From Geosiphon pyriformis uo1 (Eukaryota > Fungi > Glomeromycota), in NCBI GenBank assembly GCA_016748015.1, contig JAAOMT010000198.1, positions 542,519-600,258 on the forward strand: a stretch of 57,740 nucleotides of DNA, given 5' to 3'. Positions 1 through 10,823 of this stretch are shown here, one piece after another. A program made the position numbers and the translations under genes. The notes under the pieces are model-generated. The model ran no database searches and was not told the DNA's origin. It was given only the letters and a program-made list of their open reading frames with translations. Within the stretch, counting starts at the first letter, position 1; the number at the start of each line of letters is the position of its first letter.

Positions 1-1421
1 TCATTAGTAGTAAAACAAAGAGAACCCTTCCCAGAAGAAAGAAAGATAGACATTGAAAATCTGTTGGCAAGAAACAGCCCAGTTATCTCAAAAGAAAGTG
101 ATACCCCAGGACGAACCCATGTGATACAACACACCATCACCACCAGAGAAACTCACCCCATCCATTTGAAGCCTTACCAATCCAATTGCTGAAATGATGA
201 GTTCATCAAGAAAGAAATAAACCAGATGAAAGAACTTGGATTCATACAAGAAACCAAGAGTGAATGGGCTTTCCCAGTTGTAGTAGTATCCAAAAAAGGT
301 GGAATCCTACACTTTTGTGTTGACTACCACCAATTAAATGCAATCACTGAAAGAGACATGTACTCACTTCCCAAGATTGATGCAATGCTGGACCAATTCA
401 AAGATGCTGCTTTCTTTTCAACCATTGATCTAACTGCTGGATTCTGGCAAATAGAGATGAATCCAGAAAGCCAGAAGAAAACCACCTTTATCACCAAGTA
501 TGGCACCTATGAATTCACAGTCATGCCTTTTGGTCTCACCAATGCCCCTCTCACCTTTCAATGCTTAATGGATAAAGTATTTAAATCAGTAAAAGAAAAC
601 TTTGTTCTGGTTTATCTGGATGATATAATGGTTATTCAAAAACCTGGGATGAATATCTTGAACATTTGCAAAAGGTTTTTAATCTTCTCAGAAATGCAGG
701 TCTCAAAATCAACCCAATCAAATCTTTCTTTGAAAGACAATCCACCCAATTCCTTGGCCATCTTATTACAAAAGATGGAATCTTCTCTGATCCAGCTAAA
801 GTGGAAAAAGTTCAGAACATAAGACAACCAATGAATGTTCATGAGTTACATTTTTTCCTTGGTTTGGCCTCCTATTATCACAAATTTGTTAAGGATTTCT
901 CCAAAATCGCCTCTCCATTCAATCAGCTACTCAGGAAAAATGTCAACTACCATTGGGGCACACATCAGCAGAAAGCATTTGAAACCCTTTAAGAAAAATT
1001 GGTTACAGAACCTATTCTCAAGCAACCTGATTTGGATCAACTTTTTATCCTTCACACTAATGCATCTGCCTATGGACTTGGTGCTGTTCTCTCACAAAAA
1101 GATGAAGATGGCAGGGAATATGCAATAGCCTATGCCAGTAGAACCCTTACACCAGCAGAACAGAACTATTCAGTCACTAAACAAGAATGCTTAGCAGTAG
1201 TATGGTCCACCAGTTACTGGAGTAAGTATCTTCTTGGTGTGAAGTTTTTGGTGGTAACAGATCACCAAGCTTTGGTTTGGCTGTGCAACAAAAAGAGGCT
1301 AGAACACAAATGGATAACTCATTGGATACTCCACTTGGATGAATTTGACTATGATATTCAACATCGCAAAGGAGCTAATCATCAAAATGCCGACGCTCTC
1401 TCCAGACTTACCACCAAGTGA
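1..1421 (+). pseudogene. Gypsy A reverse transcriptase-RNase H (frameshifted, internal stops)
   Basis: Motifs SEWAFPVVVV, FCVDY, IDLTAGFWQ, MPFGLTNAP, YLDD; RNase H TNASAYGLGAVL, IAYASR, ECLAVVW, TDHQAL, NADALSR. TGA stop at 1419-1421. Confidence 0.95.
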
Positions 1422-2047
1422 CAGTACAACCTCCCAAACCAAACCAACCTAATTATTAGTAATTCTTTTACAACCAACCACGATAATGGACTTGGACAAC
1501 TACTCTGCCTTAATAAAATTTTTGGGTAAAGGACAATATTCACCAGAATACACTCGACAGCAAAGAGAACATTTGTGCAAACAATCAAATTTTTATTTGA
1601 TCTGCCAGAACCAATTATATAAAAAAATAGAAAAGATCCTAACTGTCCCCAGAGAGTCATAAGATTTGAAAAAAGAGAAATTGTGATCTACAACATGCAC
1701 ACTGATTCATTAGCTGGACACTTTGGAAAAACAAAAACAATTCAGAAAACTCTAGCTTACTATTATTGGCCTATCTTGGGAAAAGACATTGCTGAGTACA
1801 TCAAAACTTGTGATACCTGCCAAAGAAGAAGAAAACCCAATCGTAAAGAAGACATCCATCCAATTTTTGTTGGCCAACCCTTTGACAGAATTGGTATAGA
1901 TGTTGTTGGATCATTAACAGTAACTCCTGATGGCAACAGATACATTATCACAGCTACTGATTATCTTACAAAGTGGGTAGAAGCAAGAACCACCCCAGAT
2001 CAAACAGCAGTTTCCATTGCTAATTTCATTTATGAAAATATTATTTG

Positions 2048-4495
2048 TTTTTTTTTGTTTTTTTTTTGTTAACGTGTAGCCACACCAGTTGTTTATTAGT
2101 TATTCCACAGTAATGTGGTGGTTTCATAAAGCCAGTTCACCCAATAATACATATTACAAGATGCAGCTAACCACAAGCGGAAAGCCCTAACTACATGCTA
2201 GTACTACCTTTGCTACCTAATGTATTAAACATATCTAATTTATACATCTTACTCATAATGCATACAAGTTCATAACTACTCTTAACAAGACTGCTCATCC
2301 ACTTAGCAGTCTGATCTGGATCAGACTTGATATCAGAGGATTGAACCTCCTATAACTCCATCATCACATCAAATGTATCATCATAGACCAAAAAATTTTT
2401 AGCATCACCATCATCATTATCATCATCATCATCATTATCATCCATGTCTTTATCATCAGATATGTTATAGTGTACCTTCCCACCCCTCAACTTGAGGGCT
2501 CCCACTTCCTTTTGCAGCACAGAAGCCACAGCATGAATGGCTTTAATTTGGTTTCCCAATCCAATCACACTTTCCTTCATTGTCTCTGCCATAACTGGTG
2601 GAGTAGACAATAACATAGTAACCAATGCAACCAAAGAACCCACAGGCTCAACAATAGATTTGATCAACAAAGACAGTTCACTAAGTTGGGTTTCTAGAGA
2701 AGCCAACCTAACATTAACAGCAACATCTGAACCAGAGGAGACAACCAGCAACAGCAGCACCACAACTTTGGGGAAGGTACTGAAAGCCAGACCCGTATCA
2801 GCAGCAGCAGCAACAGGAGGAACCACAGAAGTGGTGGCTTTGGCATAGGATTTAGCTCCAATGAGGGATGACTTGAAAATGATGGGACCACCAGCAGAAT
2901 TAGAAGAGAGTTTGGGAGGGAGAGATGACAACACCTTACAGCCCACAGCCAAATGATCTAAACTTTGACATCTATAGCAGTGATGACATTCAGGAGTTTC
3001 CCACCAGATGCGGCAGCCATGTAAGGTACTGGTTTTTGAAACAGCAGCATTCAAAGATTCCAAAGAGCCAAAGGTCACTACTGCAAAGCATTGACGTTGA
3101 TAGGAATCAGAGGAGCGGGAAATAAAACACGTACAGCCACCAACTTGGGAGACCAGATCATTTATCTCAAATACAGTGCAGTCAAATGGAAGATTAACCA
3201 GCTTAGCTTTGAAAGCATCTCTTGAAGAGATAACCTCCTTTTGGTTGGCAATGGGAAGAATCCTAATACTATCTTTTCTGACCAACACAGACCAGTTAGA
3301 GAGAGCAGCAGCAGCAGAAAAAATGTCCTTAAAGTTAACCACAGCATATTGCCATAAGCCAGCAGGCTTCAACTTAACAGAAGTGACAACACCAAAAATG
3401 CCAAGAGCAGATTTGATGTCATCAGAAGAGGCACCCAAGAGTACAACACACAGTGCAACTGACAAAGAAAAGGAAGAAATAGAGGCCACTCCTGAAGACT
3501 GTGCAATCTTAAGAGTGGTCAAAAAAACCTCATCACCAATGGCCACCTTGGTAGCACCATTTAGACACTCCTGAGATGCAAATTCTACACAGAACAACTT
3601 GACAGCATCTCATGAAACTGATTTAAGCCCAATACAACCAGACAGCAATTGAAACAAAGAACTGAGCAAAGCCATCTTGATCTTAAACATAGCACCAGGT
3701 ACAAGATTGGAGGCCACCCAACCAGAGAACCTTTGACATCCATTCACATTTACCCAAGCATCAGCATCAGATGCACCAGAAACTGGGGGGGAACAGTTGA
3801 TTCCATTTCCATCTGATCAGCCCAATCTTTGAGATTATCTGGATTGATGGACTGTTTTGCTACTGGGATTGGCAATGATCTGCTGGAGAGTACCACATCA
3901 GGCAACACAGCCAGTGGTTGATCTTGGCCCATCTTGGGAGATGTGCTGCTGCTGTTGCCATCCATATTAGGAAGAGGGCTTGCTGCTGCTGTGGAGATCT
4001 TACCAAAAATCTCATCTGGAATCACAAAGGGGTTCAGTGTAACTATAGCAGTTGTGACTGCTTGCTGCTGTTTTTTGGGATTTTTGGCTTTTGCAGCCAT
4101 TTGTGAAGTAGTAGTAGTAGAAGTAGTAGTGGGAGTGGTGAAAGCAGGAAAGACCAACTTGTTGACTGGTCTGTTATTAAAAATCTTTGGGCTCTTTGAA
4201 GTGGTAGAAACAACACTAGGACTAACCTGAGTGTGCCTTTTTGAAGGGACTTTGACTGGAGAAGAACTTCCAGCCAAAAGAGAAGAAAATGAACCAGAAG
4301 CCACTAAAGGCAGCTTATTACTATTATTTTTTAAAGGAAATGTTGCCAGAACGTTTTGTCTAGCTGCTTCAATAACAGAGAGACCCTCTCACATTGAAAC
4401 TTTATTAGTTACTATAGGAAAAGTAACGTTTGCAACTTTTTTACTCTTAGCTCTATTTGTGGTCATGAAATTTAAAAGAGAAAGAGTTTTTTTTT
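2048..4495 (-). mobile_element. ORF1-only non-autonomous non-LTR element (half-LINE), full-length copy 1
   Basis: Poly(A) tail (T run ~2048-2068) and AATAAA in the 3'UTR. ~12-bp TSD aaatattatttg (2036-2047) / agatatcatttg (4496-4507). The integrase it splits is contiguous in copy C. No RT or endonuclease inside. Confidence 0.9.
2191..4466 (-). pseudogene. LINE ORF1-like protein (~758 aa ancestrally): low-complexity N-terminus, RRM-like domains, CCHC knuckle, coiled-coil/acidic C-terminus
   Basis: ATG at 4466 (MTTNRAKSKK); FGVVTSVKL..WQYAVVNF; KAKLVNLP; CYRCQSLDHLAVGC; KSYAK. The frame continues past the premature TAG at 2350 to TAG at 2191-2193. Confidence 0.85.
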
Positions 4496-5299
4496 AGATA
4501 TCATTTGTCACCATGGCTGCTCCAAAGAACTTTTATCTGATAAAGGAAGAGCTTTTCTTAGTATACTGGTTGAAGAACTTTGTAGAAAAATGGGAATATG
4601 TCACAAACTTTCCTTCCCTTATCACTCCCAAACAAATGGCCTAGTGGAACATTTCAATAGAACACTGTGTAAAACCTTAGCCAAAACAAGTGAAGAAACA
4701 AACTTATGGGACAAAGTACTGCCTTCAGCTTTGTTTGCTTATAGAACTGTGAATCATGACATAACAAGTTATGAACCTTTTTATCTGCTCTATAGATGCA
4801 TGGCAACACTACCAATAGAAATTGACATTGAAACAATACCTTTTGAAGAGATCACAATAGCAAATTACAAAGACATTTTGCAAAGAAGACTGGGTACCAT
4901 TCTTGACTCATTGGTAGAAGCATGAATAGTTGCTTTTGAAAAGATAAAACAGTTTCAAGAAAAGCTTAAAAAGAAGAAAACCTATAAAACACTTTCTTTA
5001 AGTATTGGTAACTTGGTATTAGAATACTGTTCAGACAGAGACAATGTTTATGGTGATAAATTCTCTAGCCAGTGAAAAGGACTCTTTATAGTCAACAAAG
5101 TTTTGAACAATGGTTCTTATATTCTTTAAGATCAATCTGGAACAATCTTTAATGATCATCCTGTTCATGACACATGACTTAAGAAATATTACAAACAATC
5201 TGATTGGTTACCTGTTGTGGTAATACCAACTCAAATGATCAGCAAAAATCAGATATTAATAAATGCACCACTCCCAAAACAGAGGTATCTTTAATCAAC

Positions 5300-5956
5300 A
5301 TGAACAATTATTTTCTGGATCAAAACATTCAAAACACTTTCTATACTCTTTATGAGTATTGGATTAAAAACTATCCAAATGCTACTCTGACCATTGGAAA
5401 ACAAACTACAATAACTGACAACAGTAGAACACATACTGTTATTAAACCAAAGAAAACAACTACCAGAAGAGAAAGAATTGATAGCAAAATGGATAAGTAT
5501 TTGCTAAAAAGTATAACAGCAGCAATACTTGCACTTTCCATCACAATTGGAAAAACAATTAAAGAAATCTTGCCCATAGACAAAAACTTGTCATATGGAA
5601 GACAACTAGAACTCTATGGTCACCTTGGTAAAATCATAGAAGACATGAAGCTCATGAAGAAAACAACTTCTGAGATACAAGTGGAAATTTTGGACATTGT
5701 ACAATTAGATGTCCCAAGAGTTTTGACCATTGCAAGAAGAGCCAAAACTTTTATACAAAGATTTGGTCTCTTGGACACAAAGCTCATTTCATCTCAAGTT
5801 TTATATACCTTATCCACAAAAGACTTCAACAAACTAGTTAGTTTTGAGTTAGATAAAACCCTTCAAATAGAGTATCTTCTAAATAGTTTGATTTCGCCAG
5901 AGCTCAATCTCTTTGAAGAAGATAATGTTACAGTTGAGACCTATACTTCTTATTAA
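5300..5956 (+). CDS. Gypsy A ORF3, uncharacterised 218-aa protein in the env position
   Basis: Uninterrupted ORF from ATG 5300 (MNNYFLDQ). ATG overlaps the integrase-frame TGA; stop lies 30 nt inside the LTR. Highly similar intact ORF in copy C. Confidence 0.8.
   Translation: MNNYFLDQNIQNTFYTLYEYWIKNYPNATLTIGKQTTITDNSRTHTVIKPKKTTTRRERIDSKMDKYLLKSITAAILALSITIGKTIKEILPIDKNLSYGRQLELYGHLGKIIEDMKLMKKTTSEIQVEILDIVQLDVPRVLTIARRAKTFIQRFGLLDTKLISSQVLYTLSTKDFNKLVSFELDKTLQIEYLLNSLISPELNLFEEDNVTVETYTSY
5911..5925 (+). promoter_or_regulatory. Polypurine tract of Gypsy A
   Basis: ctttgaagaagataa immediately before the LTR TGTTAC; equivalent ctttagaaaggatga in copy C. Confidence 0.7.
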
Positions 5957-6567
5957 TTATCACATGTATTAGCCACTGATGTCATATGATTAGCCATACT
6001 ATTTTTAGAAAGTGATCATTGACCTGATCATTGACCACTTTTGATAGTTATATAAGTGATGAATCTTTTAGCTGTAGAAAAGCATGTAATAACAAGCATC
6101 TGAATAATCAAAAATAAATAAAATAACAACTTTCATCTCAATCCTTCTTTTATCACTAATTTCCCTTTCCCTACCTTCAAGTATCTAAACATTTTAAAGA
6201 TAAAAGATTATTTGTTGGCCTTTTCCTATTTGAATAATTGTAGTATTTGAAGACTATTTGTATAAATGTGACTGAAGAGCACAAGTTGATACTTGATATT
6301 GAATTCTAAAAGCACCAATGTAAAGGCATAGAATTAATACCAGCAGTGATCAATTGTTGACAGTATGGACTATCTTTCTACCTTCAGATTCTCTAGTTAT
6401 CTTTAAAAAGTATAGCAACTGAGATATTTTATGAGACTGATCTTGTACATTAAATCTATATTCATTCAATTCGCTCTTTAAAGTTGAAATTCTTTTTGAT
6501 TATTTCCATCACCTTACAATTCTGTTCTCTCTTGCTATCTGTTAGCTTGTTACTCCAACTCATAACA
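5926..6567 (+). repeat. 3' LTR of Gypsy A (642 bp)
   Basis: TGTTAC...TAACA ends; homologous to 12693-13335 and 19669-20321 (reverse). TATA-like ttatataag at ~6048. Confidence 0.93.
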
Positions 6568-8584
6568 TCATTATCATTATCATCCAAACAGGCCCATTTA
6601 CACTTCTTCCTAAGATTTGTCATATTTTTCTGCATTATAAAGGTTACAGCACAAAAGCCTTTAATTTGATTAGCCAATACACAACCATGACAGATGGAAT
6701 AGACAGCAATTTGGTAACCAATGCAACCAGAGCACTGACAGATTCAACTAAGGACTTAATCAACACAGATAGTTCACTAAAGTGGGATTCAAGAGAAGCC
6801 AACCTAGATTCAACAGTAGTATTGGGAATGGAGGGAACAGCAGACAACACAGGTGTTGCAATTTTGGGAGAACCACCAAGATCCAATTCCATATCAGCAG
6901 CAACAGCACCAGGAGGAACCACAAAAGTGGCAGTCTTGGCATAAGATTTAGATCCAACAAATAAAGGTTTGAAATTTTTGGGGCCATTCAGGATGTTGAA
7001 AGAGAGTTTAGGTGTGAGAGGAGGCAACTTCTTGCAGTTCGCAGCCAAATGATTCAAGTCTTAACACCTGTAGCAGCAGCAACACTCAGGAGTTTCTCAC
7101 CAGATGCGACAACCACACAAGGTACCAGTTTTTGACACAGCAACATTTAGAGATTCCAAAGAATCAAAGGTAACCACAGCAAAGCATTGATGTTGATAAG
7201 ATTCAGAGGAGTGAGGAATGAAACATGTACAGCCACCAACTTGGGAGACCAAATCACTTATCTCAAATGCAGTACAGCCAAACAGAAGATTGACCAACTT
7301 AGCTTTGAATGCATTTCTTGAGAAGATAACCTCTTTTTGGTTGGCAATGGGAAGAATCCTAACACTATCTTTTCTGACCAATACAGACCAGTTAGAGAGA
7401 GCAGCAGCAGCAGAAGAAATGTCCTTAAAATTAACCACAGCATATTGTTATAAGCCAGCAGGCTTCAACTTAACAGAAGTGACAACACCAAAAATGCCAA
7501 GAACAGTTTTGATGTCATCAGAAGAGGTACCCAAAGGTACGTTGCGCAGTGCAACTGACAAAGAAAAAGAAGAAACAGAGGCCACTCCAAAAGACCGTGC
7601 AATCTTAAGAGTAGTCAAAAAAATCTCATTACCAATGGCCACTTTGGTGGTACCATTTAAACTCTCCTGAGATGCAAATTCCACACAGAACAACTTGACA
7701 GCATCTCATAAAACTGATTTAAGCCCAATACAACCAGGCAGCAACTGAACCAAAGAACTGAGCAAAGTCATCTTGATCTTAAACATAGCACCAGGTACAA
7801 GATTGGAGGCCACCCAACCAGAAAACCTCTGACAACCATTTACATTCTCCCAAGCACCAGCATTAGCTGCACCAGAAACTGGAGAGGGACAGTTGATTCC
7901 ATTTCTATCTAATCAGCCCAATCTTTAAAATCATCTAGATTGATGGACTGTTTTGCTACTGGGATTGGTGATGATCCGCCAAAGAGTACCACATTAGGCA
8001 ACACAGCTAATGGTTGATCTTGGCCCATCTTGGGAGATGTGCTGCTGCTGTTGCCATCCATATCAGGAAAAGGGCTTGCTGCTGCTGTGGAGATCTTACC
8101 AAAGATCTCATCTGGAATCACAAAGAGGTTTAGTGTAACTATAGCAGTTGTGACTGCTTGCTGCTGTTTTTTGGGATTTTTCGCTTTCACGGCCATTTGT
8201 GAAGTAGTAGTAGTAGAAATAGTAGTGGAAGTGGTAAGAGGAGGAAAAACCAACTTGTTGACTGGTCTGTTATTAAAAATCTTTGGGCTTTTTGAAGTGG
8301 TAGAGACAACACTGGGACTAATCCAAGTGTGCCTTTTTGAAAGAACTTTGACTGAAGAAGAACTTCCAGCCAAAGGAGAAGAAAATGAACCAGAAGCTGC
8401 TAAAAACAGCTTATCACTAATATTTTTTAAAGAAAATGTTGCCAGAATATTTTGTCTAGCTGCTTCAATAACAGAGAAATTCTCTCGTGTTGAAACTTTA
8501 TTAGTTACTATAGGAAAAGTAATGTTTGCAACTTTTTTACTCTTAGCTCTATTTGTGGTCATAAAATTTAAAAGAGAAAGAGTT
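6568..8584 (-). mobile_element. ORF1-only element copy 2 (5' portion; Gypsy A inserted into its 3' part)
   Basis: Colinear with 2450-4490 and same 5' end (actctttctcttttaaatt.ATGacc). Joins Gypsy B at ~8587. Confidence 0.9.
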
Positions 8585-8586
8585 GA

Positions 8587-9582
8587 TAGTACAAAAGTTT
8601 TTTGAAAGTGAACTATCTGAAATTCAATCACTTGCAGTAGAACAAAGAGAACCCTTCTCTGAAGAAAAAAAAGTAGACATTGAAAATCTGTTGGCTAGAA
8701 ATAGCCCAGTTATCTCAAAAGAAAGTAATACCCCTGGACAAACTCATGTAATACAACACACTATCACCACCAAAAAAACTTGCTTCATCCATTTGAAGCC
8801 ATATCAATTCAATCAATGTAATAATAAGTTTATTAAGAAAAAGATAAACTGAATGAAAAACTTTAGATTTATACAAAAAACCAAAAGTAAATAGGCTTTT
8901 TCAGTTGTAGTGATATCCAAGAAAGGTGGAATCTTACCCTTTTGTGTCAACTATTGCCAATTAAATGCTATTACTATAAGAGACATGTACCCACTTCCCA
9001 AGATTAATGCAATGCTAAACAAATTCAATAGTGCTGCCTTTTTCTCAACCATTGACTTGACTGCTAAATTCTGGCAAGTAGAAATAGATCCAGAAAGCAG
9101 AAAGAAAACTGCCTTTATTACCAAGTATGACATCTATGAATTCACAGTCATGCCTTTTGGTCTTACCAATGCTCCTCCTATCTTTCAATGTCTAATGGAC
9201 AAAGTGTTTAAATCAATAAAATAAAACTTTGTTTTGGTCTATTTGGACAACACAATGGTATACTCAAAAACTTGGAATGAACATCTAAAACATCTAAAAA
9301 AAGGTTTTTAATCTCTTTAAAAATACTGGCCTCAAGATCAATCTAATCAAATTTTTCTTTAGACATCAATCCACCCAGTTTCTTGGTTATTTTATTACAA
9401 AAGATGGAATCTTCCCTGATCCAGCTAAAGTTGAAAAAGTTCAGAACATTAGACAACCAATAAATGTTCCTGAACTATGCTTTTTCCTTGGTTTGGCTTC
9501 TTATTATTGCAAATTTATCAAAAATTTCTTCAAAATCGTCTTTTCTTTTAATCAGCTACTCAGAAAAAATGTTAATTATTAC
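8587..9582 (+). mobile_element. Gypsy fragment B (pre-RT region and RT; same family as A/C)
   Basis: Colinear with 1-950 (DIENLLARNSPVISKE, MPFGLTNAP, YLDN). Cut by poly(T) at 9583. Confidence 0.9.
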
Positions 9583-10797
9583 TTTTTTTTTTTGTTAATG
9601 TGTAGCCATGCTGGTTATTTATTAGTTATGTCTACAGTAATGTGGCACTTTCATAAAGCCAGCTCACTCAATAATACAAATTACAAGATGTGGCTAACCA
9701 CAAATAGAAAGCCCTAACTACATATTAGTACTATTTTTGCTACTTAATATATCAAATATATCTAATTTATACATCTTACCTATAATGTTAACAAGCTCAT
9801 GATTATTTTTAACCATACCACTTATTCACTTAGCAGTCTAATCAGAACTGGATTTGATACTGAAAGACTAATCTTCTCATAGATGCATCATAACATCAAA
9901 GGTGTTATTATAGACTGAAAAATCTTTATCATCATCATTATCATCATTAATCATGTCATTATTATCTGATTCATCATCCAAGCAGGCCTGTTCACATTTT
10001 TTCTAAAGATGTATTATTCTTTTCTGCATTATGGTAGCAATAGCAGCCAAGCCTTTATTTTGCTTAGCCAACCCAGTCATACTTTCCTTAACTAACACAT
10101 CTACAGCAGGTGAAGTAAACAGCAATTTGGTAACCAATACAACCAAAGCACCAACAGATTCAATCAAAGATTTTATTAACACAGACAGTTCATTAACCTA
10201 GATTCAACAGCAATATTGGGAGCAGAAAAGACAACAGACAACATAGGTGTTGTAGTTTTGGAAGAACCACTGAGATCCAAATTTATATTAGCAGCAGCAG
10301 CAACAGAAGAAATTATAAAGGCAGCAGCTTGGCATAAGATTTGATCCAGCAAATAAAAGTTTAAAAACTCTGAAGCCACCAAAAGTGTTGGAAAACAATT
10401 TGAATGGGAGAGAAGGTGACCTCTTGCAGTCCACAGCCAAATGGGTCAGGTCTTGACACCTGTAACAGTGACAACATCCAGGAGTTTCCCACCAGATGTG
10501 ACAACCATACAAAGTACCAGTTTTTAACACAGTAGCATTCAAAGATTTCAAGAAATCAAAGGTAATCACAGCAAAGCATTAATGTTGGTAAGATTCAGAG
10601 AAGCAAGGAATGAAACATGTATGGCCACCAACTTGGGAGACCAAATCACTTATTTCAAAGGCAGTACAGCCAAAGAAAAGATTAACCAACTTAACATTAA
10701 AAGCGTCTCTTAAAAAAATAACATCATTTTGGTTAACAACAGGAAGAAATCTTAACACTGTTTTTTCTAACCAGCACAGACCAGTGAGTAGGAGCAA
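9583..10797 (-). mobile_element. ORF1-only element copy 3 (3' half with poly(A) tail)
   Basis: T11 then gttaatgtgtagcc, the same 3' end as copy 1; CYRCQDLTHLAVDC knuckle. Homology ends ~10797. Confidence 0.88.
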
Positions 10798-10823
10798 GAA
10801 TCAACATAAACAATTATAGTGAC

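Larger units (their letters stand above)
1486..5303 (+). pseudogene. Gypsy A integrase, separate ORF with own ATG; split by the insertion at 2048-4495
   Basis: Starts MDLDNYSAL at 1486. H2C2 zinc domain (HTDSLAGH...CDTC), core IGIDVVG/TDYLTKW, LSD, NGLVE; GPF-like module and VHxxxLKKY near 5070-5190. Several premature stops. Confidence 0.9.
1..6567 (+). mobile_element. Ty3/Gypsy LTR retrotransposon copy A (5' part outside window; interrupted by an ORF1-only element at 2048-4495)
   Basis: RT, RNase H, integrase in Gypsy order, then ORF3, PPT and a TGTTAC...TAACA LTR. Colinear with the inverted copy C at 12693-20321. Confidence 0.95.

Noticed and set aside
5204-5299. N-terminal 32 aa of the predicted 250-aa ORF (TTG start; also 13962-14057)
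   Set aside because: Overlaps the integrase C-terminus in another frame; the ATG at 5300/13961 is the more plausible start.
3176-8605. Recurrent plus-strand ORFs antisense to ORF1 (3176-3574, 3934-4497, 7218-7670, 8030-8605)
   Set aside because: Shadow frames of a low-complexity coding strand; they recur only because the copies are homologous, and have no motifs.
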